NCBI GenBank assembly: GCA_016748015.1
Contig: JAAOMT010000352.1
Location: 372,001 to 436,000 of the forward strand
Origin: Geosiphon pyriformis uo1
Lineage: Eukaryota > Fungi > Glomeromycota
DNA: 64,000 nucleotides
Direction of reading: 5' to 3'
A program made the position numbers and the translations under genes. Below are positions 13,301 to 27,299 of this stretch, piece after piece (within the stretch, counting starts at the first letter, position 1; each line of letters starts with the position of its first letter). The notes beneath the pieces were generated by a model that saw only the letters and a program-made list of their open reading frames with translations, did not search any database and was not told the DNA's origin.

Positions 13301-15460
13301 ATATGTGTTTCAGTAATAATTGACAGTTTTTTTGAATAGCTGATTAAAAGAAAAAACGATTTTGGAGAAATTTTTGACAAACTTTCAATAATAAGATGCC
13401 AAATTAAGAAAAGAACATAGTTTATGAATATTTATTAGTTGTTTAATATTTTGGACTTTTTTAATCTTAACTGGATCAGAGAAAATTTTATCTTTTGTGA
13501 TAAAATAACCAAAAAACTAGATAAATTGTTGACCAAAGAAAAATTTAATTAAATTAATCTTAAAGCCAACATTTTTAAAAAAATCAAAAACCTTTTGTAA
13601 ATGTTCAAAGTGTTTATTTCAGATTTTTGAATATATTATCATATTATTCAAATAGACCAAAACAAAGTTTTCTTTTACTGATTTAAATACTTTGTTTATT
13701 AGACATTAAAAAATAAAAGAGGCATTAACAAGACCAAAAGACATAACAATAAATTTATAGGTGTTATACTTAGTAATAAAAACAGTTTTTTTTCTGCTTT
13801 TTGGATCTATTTCTACTTGCTAAAATTCAGTAGTTAGATTAATAGTTAAAAGAAAGCAGCACTATTGAATTAATTCAAAATTACATCAATTTTAAGAAGT
13901 GGATATATGTTTCTTTTAGTGATGGTATTTAATTGGCAGCAGTTAACACAAAAGTATAGAATTCCACCTTTTTTGAATACTACTACAATTAGAAAGACTC
14001 ATTTACTCTTGGTTTTTTGTATAAATTCAAAATTTTTCATTTGATTTATTTTTTTCTTGATAAACTCATTATTGTGACAATTGAATTAATAAGATTTTAG
14101 ATAAATGGAATGAATTTTTCTAGTGGTAATAGTATATTGTATTACATGAGTACATTTAAGAATATTATTTTTTTTAATATAACTGGACAGTTTCTAGCCA
14201 ATAAGTTTTTAATATCTATTTTCTTTTTTTAAGAAAGGGTTTTTTTTGTTTTACAGTTAGTAATTGAATCTTAAATAATTCATTTTCAAAGGATTTTTGC
14301 ATTTTTTTTATTTTTTATTTTGGTATTAAGTTAATTGGTTCTCAATTTTTGTAATAAATTAGATAAGACATATATTTATTACTAAAAAAACACAAATTTT
14401 TATTGTATTAGCACCAGACACAAGAACTATATTACCAATAATTATATTTGGCTTTTTTGTCAGATTTTCTGTTAAAAATTTTTTTGAATATGTTATAGTA
14501 AGGCCAACAGATTAATTTGCCATTTACAATAGTTTTTTTTTATTAACTTTGATATTATCTAATGGCTTGTTATTGTTGATAAAAGTGATATAGATAAGTT
14601 CAGCAGTTTTTTTTTGTTTTTTTTATTTATTTTTTTTATTACTCTTTTTATCATTTGATTTATCTGATTGTTTATCTTTTTGGTTCTGTTTGGTTATTAA
14701 AAGAGTTGTTTAATAATAACACTTAACTACAATAAGCTTTTTACCACATCTGATAATTAATTTACACAGCTTATAGTCAAGCAAAGCTTTGGCTTTCTTA
14801 AGTTACTTATTACCAACAATAATAGTGTATTTTTTGGCTTCAAAAATTTTTATATTAATTTTAATACTAATACTATTAATGTGAACAAGAACAGTTTTGG
14901 CAATACCAAGTCTTTTTTTTTTGTTATTATGCATATTAATTATGGATTTAATAAAAAGTTCATCAATCTTTTTACCAATGGCTTTTAAGAAGTATTTAGC
15001 AATAATGTTAACAGATAATCTACTGTTTAAAATTAAATCAATAAAATAACCAGTCATTTGGGCTTTACAAATTAGAAGAGTATTATTACTATTGTTAGCA
15101 AATTCAACTTAATGAGAATACTTGTTGGTTTTTGGTGTTTTTTTTTTGAGATTAAGAATTTATAAAGATTTTTTTTGAACTGTGAATAGATTATTAACTG
15201 GCCAAAGATAATGTAAGCTAAAGTTTTTATAAGATCTTTAACAATAAAATAGAGGCCAAATTTTTGCACTATTTCTGGGAATTTTAACTTTAAAAAATTC
15301 TTAAAAACTTTAGTTTTTGGTGGTTTATTGTTATTAATAATAGAAATTAAGGCTTTATTAAGATCTAAAATAAAATCAATCTTGGTTTTTTTCTTTTTTC
15401 TTGTAAATTTAAAGAAGTTGATAGCCAATTTATTTATATTATGGTTGAAGTGGAAAAACA
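10359..15460 (-). mobile_element. Ty3/gypsy element A, very degraded, 5'-truncated at the LINE; no dUTPase seen
   Basis: Protease DLILNSRLSV (from DSGS) near 15030. RT KTVFITKYNTYKFIVMSFGLVNA near 13760 and VYLNN (from YLDD) at 13654-13643. Integrase H2C2 remnant near 12560. Candidate LTR 10359-10780. Confidence 0.75.
10628..10740. repeat. 12-bp degenerate tandem repeat (CAATAATTAGGT-like) in the putative LTR of element A
   Basis: About 9 copies visible. Confidence 0.75.
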
Positions 15461-15610
15461 ACTTCTTTCTTTTCTACTTCCAAAAAACCCCAAAAGAATG
15501 CTTTTCTGAAAAAGAGGTTTTTTGTTTTTTTTTTCTTATTAACTTATACCAATATTTTTTTGTCTAACAACTTCTTCATTGTGGATTTGGAGACTGCTTT
15601 AGGTAACAGC

Positions 15611-17465
15611 ATGTATAAAAAAAAGATACCCAAGGGTGTTTTTCATGGTCCTGCTGGTGGTTCATTTTCACAAAAGAAAAAGATTGTACTTGAAAAGATC
15701 AAACACTTTGATAATAAAAAAAACATCTTTCTAAGCAAGTCTGAATCTGGTAACAATGTGTATTTTAATGCTAATAGTCTGTTAGAGAATAATGAGAGTA
15801 TTAACATGACTGACATTAGTGGTGGCTCTCTGTTAGGCTCAGCTGCTAATACTCTCAAAGCAAAGTAAGTCAACACTAGTGCTGTTTATAGTTCTTCACT
15901 CAGTTCTTTCAATTTTGTTATGGATGATAATGAAAAAGTCTTTCTTTCTTCTCATCTTCCGATCTTTTTAGATAGAAAATAGATTGATCTAAAAGTTATT
16001 AAAACTCAGATAGATGTTGCTGTTAAAAAATTATTTGCTTTGGATATCAATTTTTCGGTGGTGAAAGACAAATTGGCAATGGCAAAAACTCAGGTGATTA
16101 GGAAATTGTTTTCAATAGTCTATGGTTTTGGGGGGGCCACTATCTCCTCAAAATTTGAAGGAATCATCTGATTTACATTTACTTCAGAGAAAAGTTTAAA
16201 AAAGGCTGTATTATTGACGAAAGATAAAAAAATTATTATAAACAATGATGTAAAAAAAACTGGAAGTTCATTCAGATTGGGTAGTAGTCATCAAAAAAAT
16301 TCTCATAGATACACCAAAGAAAATAATTGTTGTGGCTCTCTCCAAATTTGGTCAAGTGAGGTTAATCTGATTACAACATATTAGACTGTAACAGAAAACT
16401 GTAGTGGAGTTTGCCAATTCAGATTAGGCTGTGCAGTTGACATCTAAATAATTATTCCTTATCAAAAAAAATTCAGTGCATGTGACTATAACTGTGGGAG
16501 ATCGAAATACTTGGGCATCTAAAAATTGTTTTAGGGCACTTTTGTTTACTTTGTCTATGGGAACTACTGCACATAATTTTGATACTCTTTTGGATAAAGT
16601 GGATGAGAAAACTTGTATAATCAATTATTCACTAGAATCTGGCAATCAAATTTGCTGCACCATTATTGGTTTTAAATCTGATAATAAGCTTGAGTCTGTG
16701 TTTTATACTAAGCCAATTTTTGGTAGTGTCAAACTCTCTTAGACTAGATTAGATTTGGTTCAGTATGAAAAGTATGGGAGGTTTGGTCATTCAGCTTTGG
16801 AATGTGATATTCCTAATGTTTTGGTCTTTTTATCTTTAAAAACTTTTAAAAGAACAGTTTTTGTTACAAGTCACCTTCAGTTGGCCAGGCTGTATGCTAA
16901 GAAAAATGTTTTTATCTCTTGTTCTGCTGCCTTTGATGGCAAATTTTGGGCCCAAGTAGTTTTAGTAAATTTCTCTTCTTATGTTTCATCTATTAGTTTT
17001 AGTGCCAGTTCCTTTTTTTCTGGTGTTTTGGCTCTGAGTGGTCCTTATTCTTCTGTTTTTGATAATGTTTTTTCTTTGTGTACATGTTTGGTGTCTCTAA
17101 AATGCTCTTTAGAACTCTTAACAGATCAGATTTTTGGTTTAATACAAAAGTTTAACAATGTGGAAATGGTGCTTTTAGCTTCTCTTCTTTATTTTTGTAG
17201 TCTGACTGACTTTTCACCTACTGGTTTAGATTCAAATATGGACTTGGTTTTGGGTAATTTTAATATGGTGCTTTCACCTCCTCCTCTTCCTTCTATCTCA
17301 AATATTTCAGTTTTGGGCCAGAATAGTTCAAAAGTATTAACTACTAAGATGGGCTGTCTGGAATTGAAATTGGTGACTCTTGAGATCTCTGTTGGTTCAG
17401 TTTTTATAATGTTGAAACTGTTGTGTGCTGGCTCAAGTTCCTTGGGCTTTTTTTCTTCCCAATGA
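15611..17465 (+). pseudogene. LINE ORF1 (RRM-like, degenerate zinc knuckle, coiled coil)
   Basis: Fragments KKIPKGVFHGPAGGSFSQKKK, RALLFTLSMGTTAH, YEKYGRFGHSALEC (eroded CxxCxxxxHxxxxC). Many stops. Confidence 0.75.
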
Positions 17466-19715
17466 GTTGTCTGGTTTGGAAGTTTGCTATATATAATGTC
17501 AAAAATTTAAACAATTTAGCTAAGCAGAATGATGCTATTAGATGGCATAAAAATTCTTGCAATTCGGTTTCTGTTTTCACTAAGACAAAGCTCAAAAGTT
17601 GCACTGGACTGTAAATTAAAAACAGGTTTTCTGGTTTGAAAATTTTTAGTTCTGGAATAGATTCTGAACATTTTGGGTTAGGAGTTGTAATTGTTTTGAA
17701 TAAGAATTTTGCTTGTTATATGTGCAAAATTTTAGAGATCCCTGGACATCTTATTTCTGTTTATCTTCTTTTTGCTGGCAGAGCTTCTGTTACAATTTTA
17801 GGTCTATATGCTGGTGTCTCAGCTGGTGTAAGATTTGAGTAGACTTATGCTATTAATTTCCTTATTGTATTGGTAATAAGTTCTAGCTTTTATGTTCTGC
17901 TCAGTGGTGATTTTAATAAGGATGGGGCTAGACATAGTACAAGTTTCAAAAAATGCTCAGAAGTGGGGTTACACAATATACTTTCAGACAGTTTCATATC
18001 CAAGTTTCTTACATAGTGCAATTCTAAAAGGGTGAAAAAAACTATTAATTTTATTTTTGTAAGTGGTTATCTCTTGTTTACTGTGTTTAATAAATGTGTT
18101 AGTGGTGTTTTTGATCATTTTAATACTGATTACTTGGCTGTGTTGGTCTTGGTGGGTCTGAGTGGCTTTTTAGACAAGCAATTAAATACATTGTGCAAGT
18201 TTGCTAACACAGACCATTGGAAGTTTAATTTCAAAGACTCAAATACTACTAAATGGGCATGTTTTGAAAACTGTGCTGCTGCTAAGATGTTATTTTTAAG
18301 AAATGACTTTACTACTGCTAGGGATCTTGGTAACTTGAATTCTATGTAGAGTCTGTTAGAAAAGATGATAACAAAGTTAACAAACTCTATTTTTTCTAAA
18401 CATTGATACAGTACTTTTGACTGTTCCAGAAACAAACATTCTTTTAGATTCTACAGACTCAAATTGTTAATTGCCAAGATAGTTAAGACTTTGAGTGTGA
18501 GTGATTTTTTAAGGTTTGTCTATCTTGTTAAGATTTAATCAGTTTTAAATAGTGTGGAATCTTCTAAAATTCCTGGTTTGTTTGATGTTTGTGGCAATTC
18601 TGTAAAGATTTTCAAACAATTGTCAATTGCCAAAAAACATTATTGCAAGACTAAGTATATTGAATCTAAGTTGGCTAAAAGTGCCTCTATTAACAAAGCA
18701 ATTGGAAAACACATGGACAATTTTGTTTCAGGAAAGAAGAATATGATTAATAATATTTTGGAGCATCCCTTTCACAAGATTGTTCTTGATCACTTGGTAT
18801 TGAATGGAAATTTAATTCTGGAACTAGCTGAAGTAAAGGCCAAGATTGATAGTATTATAGTTAATTGGATAAGAAAATGCAAGATATCTAAATCTGTGCC
18901 TGATTTGTGGTCCTGTTAGTATGTTCTTTTGGACTATATGGTAGACAATATTTTTTCTAATGTGATGGATAAAATCAAGTTGGATGAATTACACATGGTT
19001 ATCAAAAATCTGTTAAATAACAAGACTGTTGGCCTTTCAAGTGTCTCGAACAAACTTTGGAAGCATGGTAGTAATTTGGTGTTGGGTTGTCTTCTGGACT
19101 TGCTGAATTCTTGTTTTGTACATAGTGATGTTCCAGCTTTGTGAAAATGTGTCTGAATCTCTATGATTCCCAAGCCATATAACTGGGAAGAATGTCTTAC
19201 TAATACACAACCAATTACTTTAATTGAAACTGCTTGTAAGATTTTGTCAAAGATTTTGTCTGACCATATATCTTTAGCTTGCAGTGTATTTAATGTCCTT
19301 AAAGGTAACAATTTTTCAGTTTTAAAGAGTACTTCAACTCAGTTACTTGTATTTGTTGTTGGTTCAATAATAGAAGATGTCTTGGAAAAAGAGAAAGAAC
19401 TTTGGCTGGTATTACAGGACATGCATAAGACTTATGACTCTGTAAGATAGTTTCATTTAAGAGCTAATTTAATATACATTAAAATGTGTAATAGATTTAT
19501 TAGATTCTTTGAGAATATTTATTTAAACAAAATTAACAGGATTATGATAAATTTTGGTCTTTTTGATAGTTATAAGATGCTAAATAGGCTTAACCAGAGT
19601 GAAGTGTTTTCTTTGCTTCTTTGGAGAATCTTTTATGATCCTTTTTTGTGCGAAATTAAGAGACATGAACACTTATATGGATACAAAATTGACTTAAGAT
19701 TCATTGCTAAGTCAG
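17462..19715 (+). pseudogene. LINE ORF2, 5' part: APE endonuclease and N-terminal RT
   Basis: WKFAIYNV, TKTKL, LSGDFN, TINFIFVS, NTDY (endonuclease). IPKPYNWE, PITLIETACKILSKIL, LQDMHKTYDSV, LNQSEVFSLLLW (RT). Confidence 0.88.
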
Positions 19716-20580
19716 TGTTACAGGTAATTATTTGGGGTCTCAATGCAAATAACAAACCCATAACTTAGTGTTCAATTGATATAATAAGGAATGTTGGTTT
19801 CTGAAGGTTTTTGTGATCTAAAAGTTTTAGTTGATTTGAACGTTTTTGTTGTGGAGTTTTTTGTATAATGGACAGAGATTTCATAGTAATTGGAGTAGTT
19901 TTCTTTAATTGTAATTCTGTCCAATTTCTTTCTCAGCTTGGCAGCCAGATTTATTTTAGCAGTTATGTCTTTTTGGTAAGTTATCTGTTAATATATATGT
20001 AATTCTATCCTTATTTTTGGGTCTTTTATCAGGCTATCTTTGATGTCAATAATTCAGTACTTAATTCTCAATCAATTAGTAAAACCAAAAAAAAATAATA
20101 AAAGAAAATAAAAAAAAAATAAAAGAAGATAAAGAAATAAGCCAAGGCAATTAATGTTAGTATTCCATCAATAGCCATAATCAAGAGCTATTGTTCCAAT
20201 ATGGTTAAGTATTAATTACTATCAACATGAAGTATTGATAGTAGAAAGTGAATTTGAAATATTAAATAATTATTTATTGATATTTATGATGTGGAAAGTT
20301 GCTTAAATCAAATCTAAACTAAGAAGTCTGTCTTTTTCTGCTTCTAAAACTACTGCTATATATACATAATTTATGTTTTACAAGATTGCTCATATTCTTG
20401 AGCAATATGCTATGATTTCTTAAGCAATGTGCCTTAATTTTCTAATATTGCTCCACATTGCTAAGCAATATGCCATAATTTCTGACATTGCTCTACATTG
20501 CTAAGCAATATGCTTATATGCTAACTACTACTCTCTTATTGGTCTATTATTTTCTATATCTGTTTTCTTTATAAGTAATA
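19716..20580 (-). repeat. 3' LTR of element B
   Basis: TGTTAC...GTAATA termini; aligns to 30035-30896; PPT AAAAGAAGAAG adjacent. Confidence 0.9.
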
Positions 20581-20599
20581 TTATCTTCTTCTTTTAATA

Positions 20600-21229
20600 T
20601 TAAGCTCTATTGAAATCCTCATTTTGAATTATGTCAAATACTTTTTTTTCAAGTAATGTCTGTTCCACTTTCCTCTTTATTTCTTCAATTTGTAAGTTGT
20701 TAATTCTTCCCCATTGGTTGATGGTTATGGCTTCCATGTTAAAACATAACAATATTTCTGGGTAGTTTTGAAATATAGTGTGTAGTCAATAAATGGTCTT
20801 AATATGTAGTGTCAAGTTTGTTTTCTTTTCAATAATGTCTTTAATGTTTTGGATTATTTCTTGATTAAAGATTCTTTTGGATTTGTTAAAATATAACTTC
20901 TGAATATCTACTTTTTGTTCCAATTAATAGTAGTAGTATGGTATTGGGAGTTGGTCTATCCATTGGTTCCAATTTTTTTTTGTCAGTTCTTCTATTGGAA
21001 CAATAATGGTTATCTTTCCAAAAGTGTTCTTTACTTTCTCTACTATTTTATCTGACCAGTTTATTGATTGTTTCTGTGATCACTGGTATGGTGTATTTTT
21101 TTCTTTTTGTTTGGTGTTTTAATAACAGATTGTTTGGTTGCTAATAATAATTTTCATGTTTACTTGTTGTTGATTTAAAGCCTGAAACAATTGTTGAGCT
21201 AAAATTTGAATATGGTCTGGTATTTCCAT
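20600..21229 (-). pseudogene. ORF3 of element B (post-integrase)
   Basis: Starts MEIPDHIQILAQQLFQALNQQQ; homologous to ORF3 of C and D; disrupted. Confidence 0.65.
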
Positions 21230-21299
21230 TTTTTTTTGTTGCTTTTGTCACATATACTATGTTTTTATATACTCTTTTGGTTGTTTTAATTTGATATGT

Positions 21300-24200
21300 T
21301 TGGTTCAATAACTATGATTGGTTCCAGATCTTATGAAATCTTATTTGATTGAACTAGTATTCTCTGTGCTCCCAGTTGTGGAATATTATTGGTGGATGCT
21401 AATACTATGTTTTGATATAGTTTCAGTCAATTTTTATGTGTTGCTTTGATTAAAATTTTGTTGTTTAACTTTAATTTATAAGCTCTATTTTCTAGAATTT
21501 CTTTTATGTAAAATAGTCTGTCCTATTTGGGGTCAAATTTTCCACTCCATTGTTTTTTTGTTTTGGTACAATGTAAAAGTACTTTGTCTTCAATCTTGAA
21601 TTCAACTGGTTTATCTAGTAGTTAGTTATTATGTCTTTTTTTTTGTTTTTTTTGGATATTATCAGCTGCTCTTTGCCATTTGTTTTCTATGATGCAAATC
21701 ATTTATAGTTATCAAACAATTTATATAATTTTAAATTGTATCTAGTCTTCCAATTTTAATAATATTAAAAAACTAAACCATAAATATAATAGATTAAGTT
21801 CTTCTCTTTCACATTTATGGTTTAATTTTTTGAATTATATTATAATTTATAAAGTTATTGAAGTTTAAAATTAGCCACTTTTATTATTAATCTTTAATTT
21901 TCAGATGCCAATCAATCAGATTTTAGCCAATCAGCAATTATTAAAGTCATGTTACTACATAATAAATCATCGAAGTATTATTATTTTCAGAAAGACTTTC
22001 AATTAATATTAATTTAATCTTTAGATGATCACTTTTTTATAAAGATATAATATCTTTTGGTCTGCATGTCTTCTGCTGGTAACATGGCATCATTAACATA
22101 AATATTCCATTTATACTACCATCATATTCAGTTGTCATTATTGAAACAGAAACCCAAATATCAATATTGTTTACACCAGACATCAAAGAAATCATAAAAG
22201 TACTATGAGCAATTGTCAGAAAATTTGAGAATATTATTTGTGCTCTATTTGTAACCTTGTATTATTATAATATAAATACTTACTTTGAATTCACAAATAA
22301 TCTTTCAATGACTATAATGTTGTATTTCAAAGAATTGCTTGAATCTAAGAGATATATGAAATCCCCTATAATAAAAATTTTTGGTTAAATTTAATATTTG
22401 AATGATAAATATACCAAAAAAAAATATAATAACTAAAATACCTATTATGTATTCAACTGAATTATGATCTAGTTTTAGAATTGGTTCCTAAACTATAAAA
22501 AGAATTTCGATTGTTGAATATTTCAACAACTTATTAGAATGTAATATATAATAACTTATCACAATAATCAAGAAACTTACATTAGTTGATGTTAATTTAG
22601 GGAAATCAGATTGGAATTAAAAGATCTTTGGCTTTACTTTAATTGAGAGAACTGAAGTTGTCTTAAAGTTCATAACCTTGAATAGCTCTTTTTTGTTAGT
22701 GTTATACATTTTCTAATGAGTTCATTTTAATACAAAAAATGTATGAAATGTATTAATTCAAGTAGATAAAACCCAGATTTTTTTGTAAAAGCCTAATAAA
22801 CTTCTTATTTATAAATAATATATTAAAAACACATGTATATTAACCAATAAAATTTAATTATATAAATAAAAACACATAAAGATCATCATTTAAAATTTCA
22901 GACTGATTTATATTTTTGATAATTATAAATGGTTTGCACCATAATGTCTCCATTAATTCATATGTTCTTCTCAACAATGTTTTTTGAAAATTCTCTTCTG
23001 TTATTGGTTTTGTTAGATATGTTTTGACTTCTATCTCAACTAGTAATATTGCTGTTCTACTATATACTAATTCAAATAGTGTTGCTTATGTAGTGTTTTG
23101 CTTCATTATCTAGTAAGCAAATAATACTAATAGTATAAACAAATCTTATTCATCCTGGCTTTTTTAGCTGATCTTGGTTATTGTTTCACACAATGTTTTG
23201 TTGAACCTTTCAACTAACCCATTTGTTTGTGGATGGTATGGTAATGATAATGGTCTTTTTATCCCAAATCTTTGACTTAATTCTGCCAATGTTTTATTCA
23301 CAAAGTGAGTTCCTTAATCTGATAATAGTTCTTTTGAACATCTGTGTTAAAAGATTAAATCTTAATGAACAAATTCGACAATGGATTCTGCATCTGCTCT
23401 TTGAATGGCTTTTGCTTCTGGCCATTTTATAAAATAGTTCATGGCTACTGCAATATATCTGTTGCTTCTGCTGGTTATTGTTAATAATTCAACTAAGTCA
23501 ATTCCAATGTGATCAAATAGTTGTTTCATTTTAATTGGTCTTAACAGTTCACTGGGTTTTGTTCCTTTTCTTCTTTGATAAGCATCACAATTTTGAATGT
23601 ATTGAATGATGTTTAAATATATTGATGGCCAATAATATCTTTTTCTGATTTTTTTTATGGTTGCTTCTTTGTAAAAATGTCCTGCTGTTGGATCTGAGTA
23701 TATATTAAATAATATTGTTTCTTTCTCTGGTTCTGTAATTACTCTGGTTGGTTAATCTGAATTTTTTTTGTTTTTCCAGTAAAGTATATTTTGATGGTTA
23801 ATAAAATATTTTGATTGTTGTTTTATGTTATTTTGTTCTTTTTGAGATAATTTTTTCTTGAAAAATTGAGTATTTATATAGTATTGAAGTTGTTGGTATT
23901 TTTGTATATTTATTTTTTGTTATATTTTTGGGTTAAAATGTTTTTAGATTTGTCTCATTTGTGACAAACCATCAGCATTTCTATTTTTGTAATGTACTGT
24001 ATAATTAAATGGTAAAAGTTCTATTTTTTATCTGGTATAGCAATTGTTTCCAAATTCTTGCTTCTGAATTAAAATCAATCTTTTATGATTAGTGTACATC
24101 TCAAACTTTTGGCTCAAGTATTTTTTCTATTTTATGACTGTTCAATAGATTATTAAGTGTTTCAATACTGGCATTCCATAGTTTTTTTCAGCTAAACTCA

Positions 24201-25260
24201 AACTTTGGCTGGCATATGCTACTGGATGTTCTCTTTTATTCAGTTTTTTCTGTGATAGTACTGCTCCCAATGCTTGGCCTGATGCATCAGTAGTAATAAT
24301 AAATGGTTTGCTGTGATTTAAATATATCAACACTGGAGCTTGAATAAGCTTTCTCCTTAATATGTCAAAAGATTTTTGTTGGTTTTCTGTCTATTCATAC
24401 TTGGTGTGTTTTGATTGGAGTTGATATAATGGCTAAGCTAGTTTAGAAAAATTTTTGATAAAGCAGTGATAATATCCAGCAAATCTCAAGAATACTCTTA
24501 GTTCTATCAAGTTGGTTGATACTGAAAAGTTCTTGACTATCTCAATTTTGTCTGGATCTGTTTTGATACTGTCTTTGCTCACAACATGTCCCAAAAACTT
24601 GAGTTCTGTTTTTTCAAAAAAACATTTATTTGCATTTAATTTCAATTCTGCTCATTTGAGTCTTTCAAATATTTGTTGAAAATGATACAGATGATCATCA
24701 AATGTTTTTAAGAATACATTGGTGTCATCCAAGTATACAACTACTGATTTCTATAGTAGTTCAGTATAGACAATTTTCATGAGTTGTTAAAATGTGGCTG
24801 GAGTATTCATTAAGCCAAATGGCATAACTTCAAATTCGAAATTCTCTTTCTGTGTTGTAAAAGCCATTTTCTCTTTATCTTCCAGTTTTATGGCTATTTG
24901 CCAGTAACCACTATCTAAGTCTAAAGTTGAGAACCATTTCTTTTCTCCAAAAGCATTGAACAGTTCTTTGATCTTTGGAATCGGATAGCTATTTTTTTTT
25001 GTTACTCTATTCAGTTTTTAATAATCTACACAAAAGCAGATCTTCTCATTTTTTTTATAAACTAGTACCACTGGTAATAACCATGCACTCATTTATGGCT
25101 AAATTAGTCCATTGTCTAACATTTGATTGATTTTTTGATGAATAATTTTATGACTGGTTGGTAGTACTTGGTATGCTCTTTGTTTGATTGGCATTGTATT
25201 TCCAGTCTTGATCTGGTGCTGAATTATGTTTGTTTTGCCAAACTTATTTTTACTTGCAAA
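21300..25260 (-). pseudogene. pol: RT-RNase H-integrase of element B (integrase split by the TIR element)
   Basis: LDLDSGYWQ, VMPFGLMNTPATF, YLDD, FLGHVV, TTDASG, YHPQTNGLVERFN. Confidence 0.9.
21690..22941. mobile_element. TIR DNA transposon derivative with TA TSD, inserted in the integrase of B
   Basis: TIRs TGATGCAAATCATTTATAGTTATCAAA and TTTGATAATTATAAATGGTTTGCACCA. TA at 21688-89 and 22942-43. Removing it restores METLENKWQRAAD. Confidence 0.85.
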
Positions 25261-25764
25261 AATGTCTGTGAAATTGTTGAGTAACATTTTGAGCAGTATC
25301 TGTTGAAGTAAGTCTAGATTTTCTAAGTTCATCTGTTCTAATTGTTTTGGTTGGAGCAGATAACATTTGTTCTGTCTATAGATTGTTTGAGATATAATAT
25401 CTACATATCCACACAGTTGTAAAAAATCTGGAATGGTGTTTAGTAGTTGGTCTTCAATTTTGGTAATTAGATATCCAATAATGGTTTCTTCTGGTATTTT
25501 GATAATATCTCCAATGTTGTTGTAAATGGAAATTTTAATGTGATTGTGGTTTTTGGCTGGTATGTGTAAATTGACTAATCCAATCTCTTCTAATTCACAA
25601 AGGGTTGCTTCTGTCTCAAAAATTTGAACCTGATCTTTTACTTTTTTCTCTATGGCTACCATGTATTAGTCATATAGTGGAATAAAAATTGATTAACAGA
25701 TGTAGATAATTTTTCTCTTGTTAATAACCTTTTTCTCTGTTATATTGACTAGTACATCTATTCT

Positions 25765-26190
25765 ACTTGTGGATCTGAATTCCTGTATCTCTCTTACTGT
25801 TATCCCTAATTTTTTTCTGTTTCTCACTAATACTAATTGAGCTATTTTCACCAAAAGCAGAAATATTGTCTGGGCTATCTTTTTATTTGGCTTTATAATA
25901 AAGGCTTTTTCTAAATCATTTTGTAGTATTGCAATAATATTTTTTACATATTCTGCATTAATTATTCTTTTTCTGATGTTGATTTCTTTTTTCGCTAAGC
26001 TATTCCTAAATGCTAATTGAATCATTGTTGTTGTTAGAATTTCTAGTGCTATTTTGAGATTAATACAAGTACATAAATGTGGTTCTAATTTGATGAGATC
26101 TTTTTTCAGATATCTCAGATCAAACCTGGCATTAGTATTATGTGCACATTCTGGCATAATGCTTTTATTATTGTTACTGAACCATCTAAA
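25765..26190 (-). pseudogene. dut: dUTPase domain of element B
   Basis: Eroded motifs AHNTNARFDLRY, QLAFRNSLAKK, IINAEYV, KKIAQ, REIQEFRST. Confidence 0.8.
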
Positions 26191-27299
26191 TTTCTGCTCC
26201 TTGGAGAAATTAGAAAGTGCAATGTATTGTTTGGAGTTTGAATCTGAGTTCGAATCATCGTAATTATTATTGCCATTTTAAACGGAGCTGGAACCGTTGT
26301 TTTTGTCATCATCATTGTTGGAGTTTGAATTAGGATTAAATGCTGATTCCAATTCTAATATGCAGTTGCTGATTGGTTTGTTTTCCTCTGGAATCATGTA
26401 AATTATGCATGGTAGTGGATTGTAAATGAGGTCACATTCATTACAATACTGAAAATCACATGAAATCAAACAATAGTCACATAATTATGTGTTTATTTCT
26501 TCCAAGCATTGCTTCTGCTCTTCTCTGGTAGATGTTAAATTCTGATAGTGTTCATAAAACTTCTCTGGACCTGTTTCTATATCAAAAAAAGCATCAGAGT
26601 TCAGAATAAGGACAATGTCAACTGGTTCTAAAGGATTATTTTTGATTTTCAATATTTCACTGAATGTGGCTCCTTTGACTTTGGCATTTGCCATCTGTCA
26701 GATCTCATCCTCATTGTGTGAATAACCATCCAAACAAGTTATTGTTCAGTGCCAGACTGCAGTAATAAAAGTCTCACAACTTATCCAGTTACTAATAAGG
26801 ATTGTGTACTGACATAAAGTATCACACATTCCTCTTCGACCAAGAATGTTGTTCCGCATTCCTTCATTGAGTAATTTTTCTCCACAAGTGAAACATAGTT
26901 TGTTGTTCTATTTGTCTTGTTGTTTTGAGTAGTCATACTGTTTTCTGTGGCATGGCTTGCAATAATAGTGGGTTCACATTCAGTAATCTTTGTTGGGTGC
27001 AATCCAAGCTCTTATGGAAGAGAGTTTTTTGTCACAATTTTGGCATTTGAATGAAATATATGGTGGTTGTTTTAGTGACTTGTGTGAGTAGGATCTTTTC
27101 CAGCCACTAGTTATTTTTTTAGTGGTGGTGTCTTCTTCTGCTGTGTCCTCTTTCTTTCCTTTCCCTTTGTTGTCTCAGGAAAGTACTGGTGATAACTCAT
27201 TGTGTTTGGTGTTGGTCCAGGAAACTTGGTAGGCTTTTCAGATAAGTTTTTTTTCTTTTTTTTCCAATTCAATAAGTGGCTTGTCATTGGTAGTGGTTT

